Assembly (NCBI RefSeq): GCF_000092105.1
Contig: NC_014148.1
Coordinates: 3,600,001 to 3,632,000, forward strand
Source of the DNA: Planctopirus limnophila DSM 3776
Lineage (GTDB): Bacteria; Planctomycetota; Planctomycetia; Planctomycetales; Planctomycetaceae
Reading direction: 5' to 3'
DNA: 32,000 nt
Positions 1 through 7,413 of the stretch are shown here, piece by piece (position 1 is the first letter of the stretch; every line of letters begins with the position of its first letter). The notes below the pieces were generated by a model. It was not told the DNA's origin and ran no database searches. It saw only the letters and a list, made by a program, of their open reading frames with translations. A program made the position numbers and the translations under genes.

Positions 1-555
1 CCCCGAATAGGTGCCAGCCGATTGCAATTGTTGCGTCAGTCGGTTCCGGATGCGTTTCATTTCATCCTGAAGTTCATCCGAACTGATGGTCTGCTTCCAA
101 TCGACACTGCCCCCTGCTGCGACAGCTGGCGATGCGGCGGCAGGTGCTGCCGGAGTGACCGCAGGGGCAGCCGTATTATTCGCCTGTGCCATTGCTGGAG
201 CAGGATTCGCTGCACCAGTGCTCTGATTATTCGCTGCGATCGCCAGCGGATCATCAAACCAGACATCGTAAGGAATATCCCCCAGCCACTTCCTGCCCCC
301 AGCCGACTTAATTGCACCTTCTTCAGGCCGTTGTTCGGAAGCATTGCTCTGAGCGACAGTCGATCCCTGGTTGGTGGCTTGAGCCGGCACTGCCGTCTGT
401 ACTGGAGCGGCTGTCCCTTCGGGTGTGGCTGGTGCTCGGGAACCGCATCCCGTACTCGTGAATATCGCGAGGCTTGCCACAGTCAGACCGACTGACAGTG
501 AAAAATGACGTTTGAACCATCGGGAACTGTCCCGCCAGCCGGATGACTGCTGCAT
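1..555 (-). CDS. Putative secreted lipoprotein, partial (C-terminus runs off the left window edge; absent from the supplied ORF track)
   Basis: The reverse-strand frame is open from the ATG (complement of 553-555) to position 1, 185 codons with no stop. The N-terminus MQQSSGWRDSSRWFKRHFSLSVGLTVASLAIFTSTGCGS has a basic n-region, a hydrophobic core and a lipobox-like STGC. It is followed by an Ala/Pro/Thr/Gln-rich linker. The tracked ORFs 22..495, 57..344 and 323..604 are other frames of the same DNA. Confidence 0.55.
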   Translation of the reverse strand, partial: MQQSSGWRDSSRWFKRHFSLSVGLTVASLAIFTSTGCGSRAPATPEGTAAPVQTAVPAQATNQGSTVAQSNASEQRPEEGAIKSAGGRKWLGDIPYDVWFDDPLAIAANNQSTGAANPAPAMAQANNTAAPAVTPAAPAAASPAVAAGGSVDWKQTISSDELQDEMKRIRNRLTQQLQSAGTYSG

Positions 556-845
556 AGATGCGACACTTTTTTGTAAATCGAGAGACGTCATGGAAATGTG
601 ACACTCAGCCAAAATGACTTGATTCAGGTTCAATCCTCTTGAGTATGACCCGCCCACACTCAGGCAGCAAGAACAGACTGGTTGGATCACCGATTTGGTT
701 TTTCTCCCAGCATTGGCCGGACGCTCGATTCAGGTTCTCTCATTGCTGCGAAATGCACGAACAATTCCAGAGAGCTCAAACGTCTCTTCCTGATTGGACG
801 CGGCGAAGAGACCTGAAGTTCCGCAAGATCTTCAAGGATGATTCT

Positions 846-2003
<1,158 letters not shown>

Positions 2004-2186
2004 CAGCCCATCCTCTCACACATTGATCACAGTGACGGCGGACAGTCTGACGACATTCAGCGATACGCTGCCCGGTCGCCTGTGACCGACAATCTGCCGA
2101 TTCCCAAATGCTGACTCAGCGGCCGTCACGAATTCCTTGGCAATCAACTTCAATACATCACTCAGAAGTTTTCCTGCCAGACTGAC

Positions 2187-4388
2187 ATGACCGCCCCCTG
2201 CGATGCAAGTCGTCAACCATCAATTCCCATCGGAGAGATACTCGCCACGCCTGCTGGTTGGGGCGCCTCCATCGACCGGCCGAAAACTCCCTATTGCCCT
2301 GCCAGCCTGAGAGATCTATCGTTTTTGGCACACGGGATGCCTTCCTTCAGCATCGCAACAAAGGAATCGGCTAAGGATGGAGAAGCCAAATTGCCTGAAT
2401 TGACCTCTCGCGATGTCGCCATTTTACAGAGTTTGCCCTCGGGAGCTGAGGGTAACCAAAGAGCACAACTCCAGAACCAAAAACACGTTACACCGTCTTT
2501 CGCTCTGTTTCTGGCAAGTCTCGTTCTCGTAGGATCGCTTCTGGCCTCGGGATTGTCCATTTACGCCGCCCCTCCTCTTCATGTCGATCTCTCCACCGAA
2601 GTCGAGCCACCCGTTTCGGCAATGCTGCCACTTCCTGCAGCACCACTCGAAATGGCCATGTGGGCACCGGAGCCGATTGAAGGCTCTCTGGTGATTGCCG
2701 GTGGTGGCGTACTCCCTCCTGCGATTTTTGAAAAGTTTATGGAACTGGCGGGTGATTCGAAGGCACGGCTGGTCATCATTCCCACAGCCAGCATTTACGC
2801 GGGAACTCACGAGATTGAACCTAAGATCGACCCCTGGCGGCATCGAAATGCTGCCAGTGTCCACGTCCTGCATACCCGCTCGCGGGATGAAGCCAACTCC
2901 GAAGAGTTTTCCCAAATTCTGGATCAGGCCACGGGAGTCTGGTTCATGGGGGGCAATCAAAACTGGATCACCAGTGTCTACGCCGAAACTCGTACTGAAG
3001 CACGCCTGCGTGCACTGCTCCAGCGAGGCGGTGTGATTGGTGGGACATCTGCCGGTGCAGCTATCATGTCGCAAGTCATGATTACCGGCGGGAAATACTA
3101 CCCCCAACTGGGTGAAGGGCTCGGCTTCCTCCAAGGTGTGGTCGTCGATCAGCACTTCCTGAAGAGACAACGTGAGACGCGTCTGAAGTCGGCCCTCACA
3201 CTTCGCCCCGGCCATGTCGGTGTAGGTATCGACGAAGGGACAGCTCTGGTTGTTCAAGGTCGCCGGTTTGATGTCGTGGGTGAATCTGAGGTCGTCGTTT
3301 ATCTCCCGGAAAATTCCCGCAAACCACTCAAAGAAACCCGCATTTCCCATGGACGCTCGACAGATTTTGTGACCTTGTGCCGAGCGGCCATCGAACGCGC
3401 CGCTGAAGACAAACAGCCACTTGATCTTTCCCGGTCGGCTATCGCGAAAACGCAGGTTCCGCAGGGCACACTGGTCATTGTGGGTGGCGGTGCAACTCCA
3501 GCGGCTGCCATCGAGCGCTTCATCGAAGCTGCCGGTGGCCCGGAAGCCCCGATGGTGGTTGTGAGTAATGCCTTGGGAGACGAAGCCCCGCCTGCCTCAC
3601 AAGTCGTCAACTGGTTAACAAAAGCCGGTGCCCGTCATGTGAGCCAGTTGCATACGTCCTCCCGAGCCGAAGCTCACGATCCCGAGAAGGCCAAACTTCT
3701 GGAAACAGCCCGAGGGGTCTGGTTTACGGGTGGTCGCCAATGGCGGCTGGTTGACCGTTATCTCGACACGCCGATGCTGAGCCACTTTCAGAATGTGCTC
3801 AAACGAGGAGGCGTTATTGGCGGTACTTCCGCAGGTGCCTCGATTCAAGGGAGCTATCTCGTACGTGGTAATCCGGACGGAAATCGAGAAATCAGTGCCG
3901 AAGGTTACGAACGCGGCTTTGGTTTTCTCCCTGGCGTGGCGATCGATCAACATTTTTCCGAGCGACAGCGACTGGCCGATCTGGTCAGCCTCAAGACCCG
4001 GTACCCAGAACTGGTGGCCATGGGGATTGACGAATCGACGGCAGTGATCGTCAAAGGGACTCAACTCGAAGTCATCGGGAAGCAGACAGTAACCATTCTC
4101 GACCGAACTGAGTCTCATGATTCATCCGGCAGCGAACGGAGACTCGAACCCGCTGTCGTCCGCTCAGGGGAAGCCTATGACTTTGCCAGCCAGAAACGAA
4201 TCGCTATCGCAGACAAGTCAGCTCAGGTTGATTCTCCTGCCGTCACGATCAATTCGAGCTCGATCAATGTGACAGAGAATAAATCATCCGAGGCTGTCGA
4301 TCTTGAGAAAGATTTGGCCTTGCCAGCCACCGGCAACTCGCCCCCAGCACTCAAGCGACCCGCGATGCGCAATTCAGCAGGCCAATAA
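2187..4388 (+). CDS. Membrane-anchored protein with two tandem cyanophycinase-like (peptidase S51) domains
   Basis: There are two copies of the S51 signature set: VIAGGG...GGTSAGAAIMS...VVDQHFLKRQRETRL and VIVGGG...GGTSAGASIQG...AIDQHFSERQRLADL. One hydrophobic helix (FALFLASLVLVGSLLASGLSIYA) precedes them. The start is uncertain, with an alternative ATG at 2337. Confidence 0.8.
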   Translation: MTAPCDASRQPSIPIGEILATPAGWGASIDRPKTPYCPASLRDLSFLAHGMPSFSIATKESAKDGEAKLPELTSRDVAILQSLPSGAEGNQRAQLQNQKHVTPSFALFLASLVLVGSLLASGLSIYAAPPLHVDLSTEVEPPVSAMLPLPAAPLEMAMWAPEPIEGSLVIAGGGVLPPAIFEKFMELAGDSKARLVIIPTASIYAGTHEIEPKIDPWRHRNAASVHVLHTRSRDEANSEEFSQILDQATGVWFMGGNQNWITSVYAETRTEARLRALLQRGGVIGGTSAGAAIMSQVMITGGKYYPQLGEGLGFLQGVVVDQHFLKRQRETRLKSALTLRPGHVGVGIDEGTALVVQGRRFDVVGESEVVVYLPENSRKPLKETRISHGRSTDFVTLCRAAIERAAEDKQPLDLSRSAIAKTQVPQGTLVIVGGGATPAAAIERFIEAAGGPEAPMVVVSNALGDEAPPASQVVNWLTKAGARHVSQLHTSSRAEAHDPEKAKLLETARGVWFTGGRQWRLVDRYLDTPMLSHFQNVLKRGGVIGGTSAGASIQGSYLVRGNPDGNREISAEGYERGFGFLPGVAIDQHFSERQRLADLVSLKTRYPELVAMGIDESTAVIVKGTQLEVIGKQTVTILDRTESHDSSGSERRLEPAVVRSGEAYDFASQKRIAIADKSAQVDSPAVTINSSSINVTENKSSEAVDLEKDLALPATGNSPPALKRPAMRNSAGQ

Positions 4389-4424
4389 AGATTTGAACAG
4401 AGCGGCAGGTATTCGATTTTCAGG

Positions 4425-4450
4425 CATGCTTGCTCCGAGCCGCAAGCATG
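4425..4450. terminator. Hairpin between the convergent S51 gene and cysK (candidate bidirectional terminator)
   Basis: A perfect 9-bp stem, CATGCTTGC (4425-4433) pairing with GCAAGCATG (4442-4450), with an 8-nt loop. It lies in the 103-bp gap between two convergent stop codons. The flanking T-tract is weak. Confidence 0.4.
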
Positions 4451-4491
4451 TTACACAAAGCGCGTTAAATCGTGAAAACCGTACCAATGAT

Positions 4492-5436
4492 TCAGCTCTT
4501 GAGATCTTCGAACAGTGGTGTTGAAAGATAACGCTCACCTGGACTGCACAGCACAGTAACAATTGTTTTGCCTGCATACGCCGGTCGTGAAGCGACTTTT
4601 GCAGCGGCACAGACATTGGCACCACTGCTGATTCCGACGAACAGTCCTTCTTCTCTTGCCAGTCGGCGAGACCATTCGAACGCTTCGTCGTTGGTCACCG
4701 TGATCACTTCATCGATCAGCCGCGTATCAAGGTTTTTGGGAATGAAACCCGCACCAATTCCCTGAATTTTATGGATACCCGGGCCCCCACCGCTGAGCAC
4801 TGCCGAATGCACAGGCTCGACAGCGATCGCCTTGAATACGGGATTGTGGCGGCGGATGAATCTCGTGACCCCCGTAATCGTACCACCGGTCCCCACTCCC
4901 GTCACAATGGCATCGACTACCCCGGCACTGTCGGCCCAGATCTCAGGGCCAGTTGTGGCCTCGTGAATCGCCGGGTTCGCGGGATTTTCAAACTGCTGAG
5001 GCATCCAGGTCTGTTCGCTGGCCAAGACCAGTTCATGAGCCCTGGCAATTGCCCCCTTCATCCCCTCAGCAGCTGGTGTGAGCACCAATTCGGCGCCCAG
5101 CGCCTTGAGTAGAATTCGCCGCTCGGCTGACATCGACTCAGGCATGGTTAATGTCAGTCGGTAGCCTCTGGAAGCACAAAGAAATGCCAACGCGATCCCC
5201 GTATTGCCACTGGTTGGTTCGATGATATGTGTGGATCGGTTTAACTGGCCAGCCTTCTCGGCGGCGTCAATCATGGCTTTGCCAATTCGGTCTTTGACAC
5301 TGCCCAATGGCTGGAAAAACTCACATTTTCCGAGAACTGTCGCTCCTCCCTGAGAGGCAGTCTTCAGTTTGACCAGCGGAGTACGGCCAATCGTTTCCGT
5401 AATGTCGTTGAACACGCTTCCGTCGGGCATACCCAT
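4492..5436 (-). CDS. cysK: Cysteine synthase A (O-acetylserine sulfhydrylase), PLP-dependent
   Basis: The full-length pattern is CysK-like: [23 protein letters not shown] (PLP lysine), [23 protein letters not shown] and ISSGAN. The first ATG is at 5436; the tracked start at 5439 is TTG. Confidence 0.92.
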   Translation of the reverse strand: MGMPDGSVFNDITETIGRTPLVKLKTASQGGATVLGKCEFFQPLGSVKDRIGKAMIDAAEKAGQLNRSTHIIEPTSGNTGIALAFLCASRGYRLTLTMPESMSAERRILLKALGAELVLTPAAEGMKGAIARAHELVLASEQTWMPQQFENPANPAIHEATTGPEIWADSAGVVDAIVTGVGTGGTITGVTRFIRRHNPVFKAIAVEPVHSAVLSGGGPGIHKIQGIGAGFIPKNLDTRLIDEVITVTNDEAFEWSRRLAREEGLFVGISSGANVCAAAKVASRPAYAGKTIVTVLCSPGERYLSTPLFEDLKS

Positions 5437-5490
5437 CAACTCTTTTCAGTCTGATGAACTCTAACGATAGAAAACCTAACCACCCGTTCC

Positions 5491-5502
5491 ATCGATATCG
5501 AT
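5491..5502. promoter_or_regulatory. Perfect 12-bp palindrome ATCGATATCGAT in the Rrf2-cysK intercistronic gap (candidate operator)
   Basis: An exact self-complementary 12-mer lies about 55 bp upstream of the cysK ATG and about 50 bp downstream of the Rrf2 stop. Rrf2 regulators bind inverted repeats. There is no direct evidence of binding. Confidence 0.25.
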
Positions 5503-5550
5503 TGAAAGCCGCCTCATACAAAGACCTGACATCAAGGCTGTGTGAGGCAG

Positions 5551-6015
5551 TCAGATGCCATCTCCACTGGCGAGTTCCAGAGCAAACACTTCGTGATCCT
5601 CGACGGGATCAAGATCAATCAGTCGCGCCAGCGTCATGTTGTCGAGATAACGGGAAGCAAAGTTGCGAATCTCCAGCAGCACTCGGCGAAAGCGGCATAA
5701 TCTCGCTTGAGAACATGGGCGATGAGCCGAAGTTGAGACACATGGCGAGGGAGCAATCACACCATCAAAAAAGCGAATGACCTGCCCCATAGTGATCTGC
5801 TCCGGAGGCTGAGCAAGAACATATCCGCCCTTTCGTCCCGGCGAACTCTCGATCCACCCCTGGGATTTCAGATCCAGAACAATATGTTCCAGAAACCGCT
5901 TGGGAGCATCATTCATTCGTGCCAACTCACTGAGCGAAATGGGACTTTCGCCAAACCTGGCTGCCAGCGTGATGAGTATCCGCAAGGCATAATCTGCTTT
6001 TCGAGAGAGTTTCAC
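5551..6015 (-). CDS. Rrf2-family transcriptional regulator (CymR/IscR-like), upstream of cysK on the same strand
   Basis: The N-terminal winged-helix signature is MKLSRKADYALRILITLA...ISLSELARMNDAPKRFLEHIVLDLKSQGWIESSPGRKGGYVLA. The start is GTG, with GAGG 8 nt upstream. Confidence 0.9.
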   Translation of the reverse strand: MKLSRKADYALRILITLAARFGESPISLSELARMNDAPKRFLEHIVLDLKSQGWIESSPGRKGGYVLAQPPEQITMGQVIRFFDGVIAPSPCVSTSAHRPCSQARLCRFRRVLLEIRNFASRYLDNMTLARLIDLDPVEDHEVFALELASGDGI

Positions 6016-6308
6016 CTGAGGACCTCAACACAAATAATTTATCTATCACCATATTTATCGTGTTTTATTTCTCTCGAAAAGAGGCTTGCCAGATTTTTTT
6101 TAGGAATTCCCTTAATCACATGCAGAAAAACAACTTAGGACAAAAGCATCCAGTCGAAAACAAACAACCTGAAATACCCATTCCCCCAAAACCAACCCAG
6201 GGGGTTGATTTCCGGCAATTCCTGACGTATTCTCTCAAGCGTAAACACCACCAAGTCGATGATATATTCGTGACCGGCGAAACCTTTCTGAAACCAAGTT
6301 GAGAAATC

Positions 6309-6581
6309 ATGGCACGCAACCGGCTGACCTCACCTGACCTGTTCGATCTGCAAGCAACTCTCCGTTTGCCTCTGGATCGAACAGCGGGTTGTCAGGCATC
6401 CGAGGAAATGCTGCCTGCAAATAGCCGCTGGCTGATGACCGGCTCGCATGCACCGGTTTCTTCCGTGGAAATTCCCGCATGGGCTCGGCCGATTTATGAA
6501 GCCGCTTTCCTGACAGCTCGCATCAAGGTCCGCAATCGAAAAGTTCTCGATGCCGCCCTCACCGGTACGATGATCAACTGA
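6309..6581 (+). CDS. Hypothetical small protein (90 aa)
   Basis: An ATG-initiated ORF with codon choice like the neighbouring genes (CTG, GCC, ACC, CGC), followed by a strong hairpin at 6623-6669. No recognisable motif. The overlapping minus ORF 6330..6662 is an alternative. Confidence 0.35.
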   Translation: MARNRLTSPDLFDLQATLRLPLDRTAGCQASEEMLPANSRWLMTGSHAPVSSVEIPAWARPIYEAAFLTARIKVRNRKVLDAALTGTMIN

Positions 6582-6622
6582 ATTCTCGACAGTTTGCTCT
6601 GCAACAATCAGCCTCTCCCTAG

Positions 6623-6669
6623 ATACAAGAAGAGCCGGAACCCAAGCAGGGAACCGGCTCATCTTGTAT
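6623..6669. terminator. Long imperfect palindrome, candidate bidirectional intrinsic terminator
   Basis: ATACAAGAAGAGCCGG (6623-6638) pairs with CCGGCTCATCTTGTAT (6654-6669), 15 of 16 bp. The loop holds a further CCC/GGG pairing. The outer A-rich and T-rich arm ends give an A-tract/stem/T-tract layout readable on both strands. Confidence 0.5.
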
Positions 6670-6807
6670 TTGAAACGCGACTCAATTGAATTTGTGCGAA
6701 CTCATAAATCTCGGAAGCATTCAGCTTCCTGGCGGCGAAAGATCCATTCGCAGATTAACGACTGACTCACATTCGCCGCCCTAATCCCCGCAAGGGGCCG
6801 CAAGGGG

Positions 6808-7233
6808 TTAGCAGCAGCAGACGGGCATGCCGTTGAAGCAGATGCAGCAGGTGCAGCCGCAGGCGACGAGAGCACAGCACTGATCGCAGCAGGCCTGAAT
6901 CATTTTGCAGCAGTCAGCATCGCCCGAAGTGCAGGTAATGCAGCAGCCATCGACTGTGGTCTCGCAAACGCACTTGCACATCGAAAGGTTGCAGCAGCAG
7001 ACGCAGTTCCCATTCTGCACGCAGCAGACACTGCATAAGCAACCGGCCGATTGAGCACAGAGGGCCTGAATCATGTTGCAGGTCAGTTCGTCGTCACACT
7101 TGCAGACGATCTTCATACCGCCAGCACACTTCTCAAGGGTAATTTTACACTTGGGAACTGTGAGGCAGTTGATCTGTGGTGCGGGAACTGCAGAAACCGG
7201 TGTGGCAGTGATTGGAGCAGTGGCTGTTGTCAT
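6808..7233 (-). CDS. Extremely cysteine-rich protein (141 aa, 35 Cys), two internal repeats, metallothionein-like composition
   Basis: ATG with AAGGA 8 nt upstream. The 35 Cys all fall in residues 23-141, including CC and CCC runs, and the protein ends in CCC. There is no His, Tyr, Trp or Arg and only one Phe. The internal duplication is visible at both protein and DNA level. No signal peptide. Confidence 0.75.
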   Translation of the reverse strand: MTTATAPITATPVSAVPAPQINCLTVPKCKITLEKCAGGMKIVCKCDDELTCNMIQALCAQSAGCLCSVCCVQNGNCVCCCNLSMCKCVCETTVDGCCITCTSGDADCCKMIQACCDQCCALVACGCTCCICFNGMPVCCC

Positions 7234-7413
7234 GTCATCAATCCTTTAAAGCTCAAGACGAACATAAGTGACTCGCTGACCATCCATCGCCGGCTGGGAC
7301 AGCACGCTCGTGATAATACAGTGGCTCACCACCTGCACAATCTCGACCTGAGTTGCGTATATTTCCCTGAGCGATCGCGGGGAGAGAGAAAAGCAGTTGT
7401 TTGCAGGATTCTC

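Noticed and set aside
22-604. Tracked ORFs 22..495 (+), 57..344 (-) and 323..604 (-)
   Set aside because: Their translations are Cys/Arg/Ser-rich and implausible. A third minus-strand frame over the same DNA is open to the window edge and encodes a clean signal peptide/lipobox protein, so these are shadow frames.
612-650. GGTTCAATCCT, resembling a tRNA T-loop
   Set aside because: The flanking bases do not form a T-stem (TCAGG against CTCTT). I could not build an acceptor, D or anticodon arm, so this is not a tRNA.
2424-3350. 308-aa antisense ORF inside the S51 gene. Similar long antisense or shadow ORFs occur at 12851..13633, 13254..13844, 23742..24497, 26196..27236 and 7789..8328.
   Set aside because: These lie opposite or out of frame to genes with clear family motifs. 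Their products are Arg/His/Pro/Gly-rich with no motifs, which is the expected by-product of GC-biased codon usage.
6330-6662. 110-aa minus-strand ORF overlapping 6309..6581 (+)
   Set aside because: It starts inside the terminator palindrome, and its product is Cys/Arg/Gln-rich without features. The plus-strand ORF has more gene-like codon usage and a downstream terminator, though neither ORF is certain.
6808-7110. GCA-rich low-complexity DNA (GCAGCAGCAG runs) considered as a trinucleotide microsatellite
   Set aside because: The runs are the complement of TGC Cys codons in a 141-codon ORF with an ATG start and an SD. They are interrupted non-periodically, and the periodicity follows the protein repeat rather than slippage.
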